NCBI GenBank assembly: GCA_047495785.1
Contig: JBLDXI010000024.1
Coordinates: forward strand, 1,054,001-1,118,000
Direction: 5' to 3'
Source of the DNA: Lepidodermella squamata
Lineage: Eukaryota > Animalia > Gastrotricha
Length of the DNA: 64,000 nucleotides
A program made the position numbers and the translations under genes. The notes beneath the pieces are model-generated. The model worked only from the letters and a program-made list of their open reading frames with translations. It was not told the DNA's origin and made no database searches. This document shows positions 33,853-43,151 of the stretch, piece after piece. Numbering within the stretch: the first letter of the stretch is position 1; every line of letters begins with the position of its first letter.

Positions 33853-34480
33853 AACCGCGATTCAACTGCCAGTTTTCAGTCAAATTTCAATAACTGCCTG
33901 ATATAACATTGCCCTCATGACATTTATCTACATTTAAAATCGCAATTGTTAGCGCCCATGATAGGTTTTATCACTGCCATAAAATAGGATCTGCTTCTGC
34001 TTGAGATATTTCAATAAACATGGAAAGATTTTTTGAATGAAATTAGTGTTGTAAGCGTGGGGCAGAATCGACAACTTTAATCTCTTTAGCCGAGCTTTTT
34101 GCCTAATAGGATTTAGATAGAATCGTGCGAGGTTTGCACGAAAATTGGCAAGCTGAATGCTGACAGCTGAAAGGTGCCAAGTTTTTGCCACATGCAAATC
34201 CGATCCTGAATAATTATGTGCCCTTGAATGCCTGAACTGAAATAAATCAAATAAGATCCGAGGTTCATCATAATTTCCGCGCGGCGTAATTGAGCTGTTG
34301 CGACACGTGGCCGCAGCGTGCGCTGGTCATTTTTTCAACCATCAAAATTTGAGTGTTTGCTCTTCAATGTCCGCAGTTTATATTGCTATACGTGCGACAT
34401 TCTTCCTTCCGCAAATATTTGACCGCGTATCATCGGATTGAGGTGTTAAATGGTCAAAATCGGCCGATCAAGTGCAGCGG

Positions 34481-34488
34481 TATAAAAG
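34481..34488 (+). promoter_or_regulatory. probable TATA box of 34560 gene
   Basis: TATAAAAG 79 bp upstream of ATG. Confidence 0.5.
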
Positions 34489-34559
34489 CGAGCGGGAAAC
34501 TCTGGAGCAAGCAAGGCATCTCCTGATTTTTCTCTTTTCAATCTTTTAGCTTCTTCAGA

Positions 34560-35681
34560 ATGAAGCGAGTCTTTCTTCTAGGTTTCCTGACGGCTCTTTT
34601 GCACGCCTTCGCAGTATCAGCTCAAGGTAGTGATTTTAATCTTCCAAGGCGGAGTTATCACATTTTTGCAGATGGTACGACGCAAGTCCCCGCGACTGCA
34701 ACTACAAGTTCAGATATCGTAGCAGCGTCTATCAAGGTCAAAAACTTTCGACGCCGATTTAGACCACACCATCATCATCATCACCATCACCATCAGCGTT
34801 ATCCTTACCCCGCAGTTCCTGTCGCCGCGCCTGCCCCACCGCCTCCCCCTCCTGCTCCTGCTCCTGCTCCAGTACCTGTTGCGCCGCCGACTCATTTCCA
34901 CGTTGAATTCCAGTCACGCAATGAATTGAGACCTCAATACCTTGCCCCGCAGCCGTTGCCTCAACCAAGTCCGACAAGTTTCCTCGTAGAAACTGCGTCG
35001 GGTGAAGTCCGCCCGCCCAAGCACGACCCTCGCCCTGACTTCCACTTTGGGCTACGGCGGGAACCATTCGCTCTGCGACAACCTCAACCGTTTGCTCTGC
35101 GACAGCCTGAGCCGTTTGGTCCGCGACAGCCTGAACCAGAGATCTTCAACCAATTCCATAGCTTCTACCGCGGCCATCACAACCACTTCCGAGCTGCCCC
35201 AATCGGCCAGGCGTTCTTCGACCCGATGCCTCGTCCAGGCTATGGCGCACCCCCTGCTCCACCTGTTGCGCCGTACAGGGGACCGGCTGGGCTCGCCCCA
35301 GCGGCGCCTTACCCAGCTCCAGCGGCTCCTTACCCAGCCCCAGAGCCTCGTTTCCAAGCTGCTGCAGCACCTTACCCAGCTCCATACCCGTATGGTTTCG
35401 CTCATCTACACAGCGTTGAGAGCCACGAAAGAGTTGCCCCTCCGCCGCCACCGCCACCACCCCCAGCGCCTCAACGCCCGGTACCTCCGCCACCACCACC
35501 ACCCCAGCCGCCAGCCAGGATTGTCAAAGATCAATGGGTCCCGCAGCCCGAGCCCCGCTACGTCAGCCCTCATACCTACTACGTCTTACCGCGACCTGGC
35601 ATGCCGGCGGATTCTCGAGAGTTCTCCGGATCTCGCGAACACCTTGTCGACAACACAATCCAAGGCGCATATCGCGCTTAA
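34560..35681 (+). CDS. secreted Pro/His-rich protein (long cluster member 4)
   Basis: Signal MKRVFLLGFLTALLHAFAVSA; in-frame 45-bp phase-1 intron 34627-34671; His9, poly-Pro, RQPxPF and APYPAP repeats. Confidence 0.85.
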   Translation: MKRVFLLGFLTALLHAFAVSAQGSDFNLPRRSYHIFADGTTQVPATATTSSDIVAASIKVKNFRRRFRPHHHHHHHHHQRYPYPAVPVAAPAPPPPPPAPAPAPVPVAPPTHFHVEFQSRNELRPQYLAPQPLPQPSPTSFLVETASGEVRPPKHDPRPDFHFGLRREPFALRQPQPFALRQPEPFGPRQPEPEIFNQFHSFYRGHHNHFRAAPIGQAFFDPMPRPGYGAPPAPPVAPYRGPAGLAPAAPYPAPAAPYPAPEPRFQAAAAPYPAPYPYGFAHLHSVESHERVAPPPPPPPPPAPQRPVPPPPPPPQPPARIVKDQWVPQPEPRYVSPHTYYVLPRPGMPADSREFSGSREHLVDNTIQGAYRA

Positions 35682-35938
35682 AAACTCACCTTATTTTAGT
35701 TGTTGCGCATTGCACTTCAATTATTTCAGGTTAAAGCGGGGTTAATAAAATCTACGATGGGTTCATTTGCCTGGAGTGTATTTTTTACCGCAAAAATTAC
35801 CGAGGTCGGTTCAATATTTACTCACGCAATATGTTAGGAACGTGAGGTTGTTTGTTTAAAAAAATTTCGAGGCTCTAACCTCAAACAACTTTTTTGTTTG
35901 ATGCCGAGATTTTTTTGCGTCTGTAATGCGTCTGTGGT

Positions 35939-35946
35939 TATATAAG
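35939..35946 (+). promoter_or_regulatory. probable TATA box of 36042 gene
   Basis: TATATAAG about 100 bp upstream of ATG. Confidence 0.45.
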
Positions 35947-36041
35947 CCGGCGAAAACGAACGGCAGAAGTATCACAGCGAATATCGAACTATTCTCGAGC
36001 ATTTTAACTGCCGTTTGAGTAGCCTGCCGTTGCATTCCAAA

Positions 36042-36319
36042 ATGAACAGCCGAATCTTCGCCGTTGTCTTCGCCCTAGTCTGCGTCTTCGCTCTCCTGGT
36101 TCAAGGTATGAGTTTCATTAAGATAGCTCAGTATTCATCATTCATAATTTCTTTCTTTCAGCTGCTCCAACTGCTGAGGAGAACGACAGCCAGCTCCTGA
36201 GCCGCGAGCGCCGAGGAGCCTACTGGCCATACTACTACCCGAACTACTACTACTACTATCCCTCTTCCTACTGGTACTACCCCTACGACTACTACTGGCC
36301 CCACTACTACGGCAAGTAG
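36042..36319 (+). CDS. secreted prepropeptide 5 (50% Tyr mature peptide, C-terminal GK)
   Basis: MNSRIFAVVFALVCVFALLVQ, phase-1 intron ending 36161, AAPTAEENDSQLLSRERR, mature GAYWPYYYPNYYYYYPSSYWYYPYDYYWPHYYGK; the spliced product is not in the ORF track. Confidence 0.85.
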
Positions 36320-36596
36320 ACGACGCGAAGATCAGCACCAGGACTCAGTGACCGCAAACATTTCATGAGAATCTGCCCGTAAAAAAACTACTGTTTACCA
36401 TGACAATAATCTCTCAAATTGTGACCTTGATTTGCTGAACAATCCTCTTCAAAAAAATAAACAAAAAAACGCGCGTAACCAAATATTGTTATTGAAAAAT
36501 TGTCCAGCTGAAAGATGAGTGCAAAGGCTTATAAGAACTAGACGCATCAGCCGAATCTCATCATTCGAATAATCAAATCATCTGCGAGCATTTACC

Positions 36597-36968
36597 ATGG
36601 CTAAGCTTTTACTCTATGTCCTCGGAGCTATCTTTGCGATCGCCTTAATCCTTGAAGGTTGCTAGAAAAATCATTTTCATCAGTTAGATTCATCATTTTC
36701 TCTTCCAGTGACTTTCGCGAGGCCTAATAATGGAGGCAGATTGGCGAGATCAAGGAGATCGGCATGGCCTCCGACTTATTATTACCCCTACCCATATTAC
36801 TACGACGCTCCTTACGATGCACCGTATGATGCTCCATACCCTGTCTACTACTATCCTCACAGGCATCACTGGGACCACTCTCGCGAGTACAAAACGTACG
36901 ACAGAAATCCACCAAACTTCATCCCAGCCCTGAATCGCATAGCTAATCGCCAGAATCTGACCGTTTGA
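36597..36968 (+). CDS. secreted prepropeptide 6 (Tyr/Pro-rich, YDAP repeats)
   Basis: MAKLLLYVLGAIFAIALILE, phase-1 intron, VTFARPNNGGRLARSRR, mature SAWPPTYYYPYPYYYDAPYDAPYDAPYPVYYYPHRHHWDHSREY. Confidence 0.85.
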
Positions 36969-37197
36969 GTGTTCTGTAAAACGTTATATCGCGTAATAAA
37001 AACATGTAACCAAAAATTGTTTGTTCGGATGAGTGCATATAAAAAATCTTCTGAATGTGTTTATTTGCACCTGAAAATTCAGAAAAAATATTCGCACCTA
37101 AGCTGTTTTTGTTCGAGCGAACAATGTAACGCCTACTAGTTTCCGTCGATACAAATGACCATGGCGACTTCGGTCGCATAATAGCGAATTCTAACAA

Positions 37198-37511
37198 ATG
37201 TTTAACAGAAGAATTTTACTGGCCGTAGCTCTGGCTTTGGATGTCGCAGCTGCTCTGCTCAGTATGGGCTTTTTCATTTATAATTAATCGATTTAGTTCA
37301 ATCCTGTTTGATAGGAGACAATGGCGAATCATCTCTGAGGTCGAAACGCGCGATTTTTCTAGGCCAACCGTTAGCTCCAGCTTGGTTTTGGCGAACTGAT
37401 GATTCAAGTTCTTCGTCAGAGTCTGACGAGGATTACTACGGCCACGTTCTTTCTCCGACAGCGAGCGGCAGGTATAACACCAGCCTTCTAGATCGAGCTG
37501 GGAAAAGTTGA
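37198..37511 (+). CDS. secreted prepropeptide 7 (acidic Ser-rich)
   Basis: MFNRRILLAVALALDVAAALL, phase-1 intron, RDNGESSLRSKR, mature AIFLGQPLAPAWFWRTDDSSSSSESDEDYYG. Confidence 0.72.
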
Positions 37512-37851
37512 TTATTCATCAACACCCAGGATACAGTTCAATTTTTTGTTACGCGCTGCCAAGGGTCGAAATTTTTTCTTTAATAAAGTTGTCACATTGT
37601 TTATCTAGTGTTTTTTCTTGAGTTAAACCACTAATTTTAGCAGAGGCCTAGGAAGCAAGGCCGCGGAATTCTATAACGCCTTCAAGACTTCATTATGCAT
37701 CACAGCACGAAGCTCTCAAATGTTTATTCCCGGTAAAAAAGTATAATGAAAGTCTAAGCTCAACTTGCGCATACGCCAAGTGGTATTTTTCGGTGAGAAC
37801 AATAAAACAAAAAAAGATATAACTTCATTATAATAATTGATGTATATTATG

Positions 37852-38926
37852 CTACGCCATGTTAGACAGCAACCAGCTGGTATACCTGCACACTCGTGTG
37901 TAAACACCGGGAGACCCAGGTCGGCCGCAACCGGAGCCGAAAGACGTCACGCCGTCGAGAAAGAACTTTCCGTTTTCGAGGCACACTAAAGGCCCACCAG
38001 AGTCGCCTTGACACGTGTCGATGCCTCCTTCATTGTAACCGGCACACAGCTGGCTGTCGGTCATGGAGGGGTAGGCGGACTCGCAGACAGAAGGGACGAC
38101 AATAGGTACACGGGCACGTTGTAGCACAGTTGCGGACGGGCCGTTTTCAGACAGGAAGCCCCAGCCACTGATCGTGGCTTGATCGCCAGGCTGGCAGGTT
38201 GTATCGCAAGTTTGCGCCAGGCATATTGGCTGAACCGCCCAAGTGTCTAATTTCACGGCGGGAATCTTAAGCAAACAAATGTCGTTCGCCTGACTGAAGG
38301 AATTGTAAAGCGGGTGAATTATCATCTTCGTTGCATAAACATCGGCTTGGAAATTGCCGTTTAGATACGTCCCACCAAGCTTGACGTTGATTTTTCTGAA
38401 AATTGAGTAAAACAAATATTAAGGTGGACTTGATTGATTGTTTGACTTACTCGGCACTTGTAGCCAAAGCGCAACAGTGAGCAGCTGTGACGACCCATGT
38501 TGAGCTAACCAATGAGCCGCCGCAAAGGAAGTTGGCTTTCGCAGTTTCGTTCCTGATATTCAGGTACGCTTGCCAGGGGAATTCGTTCTGCATCGCCGGG
38601 AGGCCACCGACGATATTTGATGCAGGTCGAGCTGCTGCGTTAGTTGTAACAGAGGGCGTAGTACTAGACGCGTTTCTGCTAGAATTCGCAGCAACTGTTG
38701 TTGTTGGTATATTTCCGTTATTGACATAAGTTGTAAATCCGCACTGATTCGATGTAGGGACTGCCGGGGCATTTTGGGAGGTGCCAGAGTTTGAATTAGT
38801 GGTTGTAGCAGGGGATGTTGTAGTGGTGCGCCCTCGAAATACAGTGGATGCGCCCGATGGGGACTGATTGCATGAGAGACTTGGGTCGAATAGACTGATT
38901 AGAACCACGATGAATGCAAGCGTCAT
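37852..38926 (-). CDS. secreted trypsin-like (S1A) serine protease with Thr-rich pro-region
   Basis: Signal [18 protein letters not shown]; IVGG...[25 protein letters not shown]; one short intron at about 38396-38450. Confidence 0.93.
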
Positions 38927-39701
38927 TTCTGTTGACAACCCAGTTGAATCGTTTCCTAGTTCTAGGCTGCAGTAGCCAGCATTCGTGAAGTTCGTTTTAT
39001 TGCTAGATTCGCCCAAGTGACGCTTGAATACCACACGCTATAGTTCAGATGCTTGTATATGACAATAGCAGATCCATGTTGAACAAGGATAAAAGTTTAG
39101 GCCTTTAATAGCTTGTCGTCCGTTCTGCAGTTTAAATAGTTAAGAAGCTCATCAGCAAATCAACAGTTCATCTTTTTCGCCTCTCTATGCAAACTTGTGT
39201 TAAATACTGAAAAGATTTATATAAGTCTACTTGTGTGTAGATATGTTGAAACGTGGCCACGCGCTTTTCGAGTCGTTGTACATAGTGTACAGCTAGCATC
39301 GTGAGTTTTTTTCATCTCGCCCCAACGCCGCCGTTGTCTACGCAATATCAAATGAAATGTACACGTTGTGGCAGTTCAAAAAAGATGATCTAGGATTATA
39401 ACACCTCTGCCTCTTATCATTTCATGAATGGTAAATCCGGATTAGGCTTACAAGTTACCACGCCTCCCACGAAAAATAACAGTAGGCAGCTTCAAGTCGT
39501 TCTAGTTTCCGAAATTCCAGGGAATGGGGGTTATGTAAAGAGATGTAAATGATAACAATTAAAGACATACTTTATCTTTGATCTTATCTTCCGGTTGTTA
39601 TCTAAGTGGCGCGAATTCTTATCCGAATATTGAAACATGACCCTTGTAGTTTATCATGGGCCTGCTTGCAACTGCACCACAGCCTTCCTAAAACGGAGAA
39701 A

Positions 39702-41219
39702 ATGTCCGACGAAGATCAGCCGAAATTCATCGGCAAACATGATGGCGGTTCAAAATTTCGATCATTTGTCAAACTGCTGTTCGGCCCGGAGCTGTCGCTC
39801 TTCATTTACACCCTTGCTTATTCAATAAGCTCCCCGGCAACGCAGCGATTCATCTACGATAAGATTTGCATGTACAAATACAACTCAGTACAAATTTGCT
39901 CGCAGCTCTCTACTTCACCAGACCTTGCAGATCTGGAAGACGCGGTTCAGGCTGATTATACAAATTTTTCATCGTTATCTTCCTTCACCTCGACCTTGCC
40001 GTCTCTATTCGTTGCAGTGATCATGGGAACATGGGCTGATAGGTTTTCATTCCGAATACCACTCGCCCTTCCTCAACTTGGAAATATTGCTGTATCGTTG
40101 CTGTATCTTCTGTTCGCTTACCTACCAACTAATCTGCTAAATCCTGTTTACTACGGCACTTTCTCCCTTTTCACAGGGATAACAGGAAGTAGTAGTACTG
40201 CAACCATTGCATGTATCGCTTATATCAGCAGAACCTCGACGAAAGAAGACAGAACCCTAAGACTAGCCGCTATTGAAATGTCATTTGCTTTGGGCTCTAC
40301 TTTCGGAAGTCTTATTTCCGCATTTATTCTCGGCAGTACCAGCCCTCTAGTTGCATTCCTGATCCAAATCGCCATGAATACCTATTCGATTTTCTTCATT
40401 TTCACCGTTGTTCAAGAGCTGCATACCTATGCTGAGGTGAAAGAAAAAGTTAGAAAAGAGGCGAATGGGTCTTGGGCGAAATATATTTTGAAGCCTCGAA
40501 AGGATATATTCGATGGGTTTCTCGTTTTCTTTGGCAGGTCAGATCGCTATCGAGCTGTTCGGAGTTATTTGATAACTCTTTTGGCCAATTTCATCCTGAT
40601 AACTACTGCGACTTACAGTATCTTCGGTACTTATTACGACTTCGTTACTCTGGATCCTATTTCCCTATCTGCGAGTGGCTTTGCGATCATGAGCGCTGCG
40701 TCAAGTGGAGCTCAATCCTTGGCCCTGATATTAGGAATACCTCTCCTCAGACGGTACTTTAAATTTTCGGATGCAGGCCTCTTAGTTCTTGGTATCGTCA
40801 CTCGAATGATGAGCTTGATAGTCCTTGCATTCGGAGGGTTCTATCCGTCCTATGCAGTTTGGTTGTACTGTGGTATAGCTTTATTCGGCTTCTATCCCTA
40901 CGTCATGATTCGAGCTGGGCTATCCAAACTGACCGATGATTCTGAGCAAGGAACCCTTTTCGGAGCTCTGTCACTTTTCGACAACGCCATGGTCATGCTT
41001 TCAACATTTGGCTTCAACGCTTTGTATGCACAAATGGTTTCAGTTCGATATACATCCGATGCTCTCAATTACTTCGTCCACGGCTACACGATACTATTTT
41101 CTGCTATGCTGTGCATACCTACTGTAATCATGTCAGTTTGGCTTGGCAGAAAGAAGATCGATAACTGGAGTTTCAACTTCGCATTACGCCAGACATCTGA
41201 TAATGTGACGCCTGCTTAA
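39702..41219 (+). CDS. SLC46 (PCFT/HCP1-like) MFS transporter, intronless, paralog 1
   Basis: N-terminal PEL..F.Y, luminal C-x9-C loop then VQA, MGTWADRF, AYISRTS..EDRTLR, MIRAGLSKL...EQGTLFG; about 12 TM. Confidence 0.85.
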   Translation: MSDEDQPKFIGKHDGGSKFRSFVKLLFGPELSLFIYTLAYSISSPATQRFIYDKICMYKYNSVQICSQLSTSPDLADLEDAVQADYTNFSSLSSFTSTLPSLFVAVIMGTWADRFSFRIPLALPQLGNIAVSLLYLLFAYLPTNLLNPVYYGTFSLFTGITGSSSTATIACIAYISRTSTKEDRTLRLAAIEMSFALGSTFGSLISAFILGSTSPLVAFLIQIAMNTYSIFFIFTVVQELHTYAEVKEKVRKEANGSWAKYILKPRKDIFDGFLVFFGRSDRYRAVRSYLITLLANFILITTATYSIFGTYYDFVTLDPISLSASGFAIMSAASSGAQSLALILGIPLLRRYFKFSDAGLLVLGIVTRMMSLIVLAFGGFYPSYAVWLYCGIALFGFYPYVMIRAGLSKLTDDSEQGTLFGALSLFDNAMVMLSTFGFNALYAQMVSVRYTSDALNYFVHGYTILFSAMLCIPTVIMSVWLGRKKIDNWSFNFALRQTSDNVTPA

Positions 41220-41398
41220 ACGGGACTTTTGCTAATCAAATAAAATAAGACCTATTCCTTTTTCATTCTGGTCACGCGACCATATCTCAATTTTTATCGC
41301 GTTTCCATTGCGACAGTGTTCGCGCCTTGCAAACAAAACTTGGGGTCAAGCAAAAGCTGCAATTTTTGTACTAAATTTCTCTCCCATTGTCTTAGACT

Positions 41399-42913
41399 AT
41401 GTCGAAAAATTATGAGGATGACTCCAATGAAATCATTCCAGAAAAAAAGACACGCACAACTAGGTTTTATGAAACCGGCAAACTTTTTTTCGGACCGGAG
41501 CTCTCGCTATTCATGTACATGCTCAGTTTCTCTATAGCTGGCCCGGCGATGCAACGATTCGTCTACGACAGAATCTGCGAGTACAAGTACAACTCTCAAC
41601 AAGTTTGCTCTCAAATTGCTACATCTCCAGCTTTAGCAAATGAAGAAGACGCAGTGCAATCAGACTACACTGATTACTCATCCGTATCCTCGTTCTCCGC
41701 AACGTTACCGAGTCTTTTCACCACCCTAGTCATGGGAACATGGGCTGATAGGTTCTCATATCGCATACCAATGGCTATTCCTATCATCGGATCCACAATT
41801 TCCACAAGCCTGTACCTTCTATTTGCCTATCTACCAGTCGAATTACTGAACCCTGTCTACTACGGGGCGTTTTCGATAATTTCGGGTCTAACTGGGTCTG
41901 GTAGTGTTAGTTCGATGGCTTGTATTGCCTACGTTGTTCAAACTTGCGATGCGAAAAGCCGCACATTCCGGATAGCAGTTATCGAGGCGATGTTTGCGCT
42001 TGGCTCGACCTTGGGGAACCTTCTAAGTGCTTTCATTCTAAATGCTAGCAGTCCCTTGCTAGCTTTCATCATCCATATTGCTCTTAACTGCTACTCAGTT
42101 TTCTACATCTTTTATGTCGTGGAAGAATTGCACCATTTCAGTGATGTGAAACGGAAAGTTGAGCTGGAAGCAAACGGTTCATGGTTCAAGTATATCTTCA
42201 AACCAAGGCGCGATATTCTCGATGGATTTTTGATATTCTTCGGAACATCAAAGCGATTCGAAAAAGTTCGCAAGCCAATGTTGACGATGCTGTTGATTTT
42301 TGCGGTGACGACTGCGTCAACTTTCGCGATTAATGGACCATTTTACGCTCTGATAACTTTGGATCCTATTTCGCTGTCAGCAAGTAAATACGCTATCATG
42401 AGTTCGGCAACTAGCGGCATCCAAGCGGCATGCTTGTTGATAGGCCTTCCCATAATGCGGCGGGTTTTCAACGCATCTGACGCGGCGCTTTTGGTCCTGG
42501 GTTTGCTTTCCCGCATACTCTCGCTTTACGTGCTCAGCTTTGGTGGGTTTTACCCGGCATGGGCTCCCTGGCTCTACTGCACAGTTGCTATGTTCGGATT
42601 CTACCCTTACGTCATGCTCAGAGCTGGGCTATCGAAAATGACCGAGAAGAACGAGCAAGGTCGATTGTTCTCCGCACTTTCTCTCTTCGACAGCGTTCTC
42701 GTCATGTTGTGCACATTCGGATTCAATGCTCTCTATTCGCTTTTCGTCTCAACACGATACACATCAAATGCGTTGAACTACATTATGCATGGCTATACCA
42801 TCATGTTCGGCGCAACTCTCTGCATCTCTGCCCTAATCATGGCTATATGGGTTGGCAGGCAAGGCATCAAAGACTGGAGTTTCAAATCAAGCATCAAAAG
42901 CAGTCATGTCTAA
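41399..42913 (+). CDS. SLC46-like MFS transporter, intronless, paralog 2
   Basis: Colinear with paralog 1 (FFGPELSLF, MGTWADRFSYRIP, MLRAGLSKMTEKNEQGRLFS). Confidence 0.85.
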   Translation: MSKNYEDDSNEIIPEKKTRTTRFYETGKLFFGPELSLFMYMLSFSIAGPAMQRFVYDRICEYKYNSQQVCSQIATSPALANEEDAVQSDYTDYSSVSSFSATLPSLFTTLVMGTWADRFSYRIPMAIPIIGSTISTSLYLLFAYLPVELLNPVYYGAFSIISGLTGSGSVSSMACIAYVVQTCDAKSRTFRIAVIEAMFALGSTLGNLLSAFILNASSPLLAFIIHIALNCYSVFYIFYVVEELHHFSDVKRKVELEANGSWFKYIFKPRRDILDGFLIFFGTSKRFEKVRKPMLTMLLIFAVTTASTFAINGPFYALITLDPISLSASKYAIMSSATSGIQAACLLIGLPIMRRVFNASDAALLVLGLLSRILSLYVLSFGGFYPAWAPWLYCTVAMFGFYPYVMLRAGLSKMTEKNEQGRLFSALSLFDSVLVMLCTFGFNALYSLFVSTRYTSNALNYIMHGYTIMFGATLCISALIMAIWVGRQGIKDWSFKSSIKSSHV

Positions 42914-43151
42914 GGGGTTTTGAATAAATGAAGGATATTTGATTATACAATTTAGTCTTGATCTTGCTAAAAGTTGTCACTTCTTTTTGACCCGATGTCA
43001 CTTTGGCGTTATCAAAATTGTTGCGCACCCTGGCGAGCCAAAAGATAAGCAACTGGTTATAAGGCCATTTTTTGCATTTTTTTCAGCCCTTCATCAAAAT
43101 CTATCGGGCAGTTTATTGCTGATTCACCGCGTAATAAGATTAATTCTGAAT

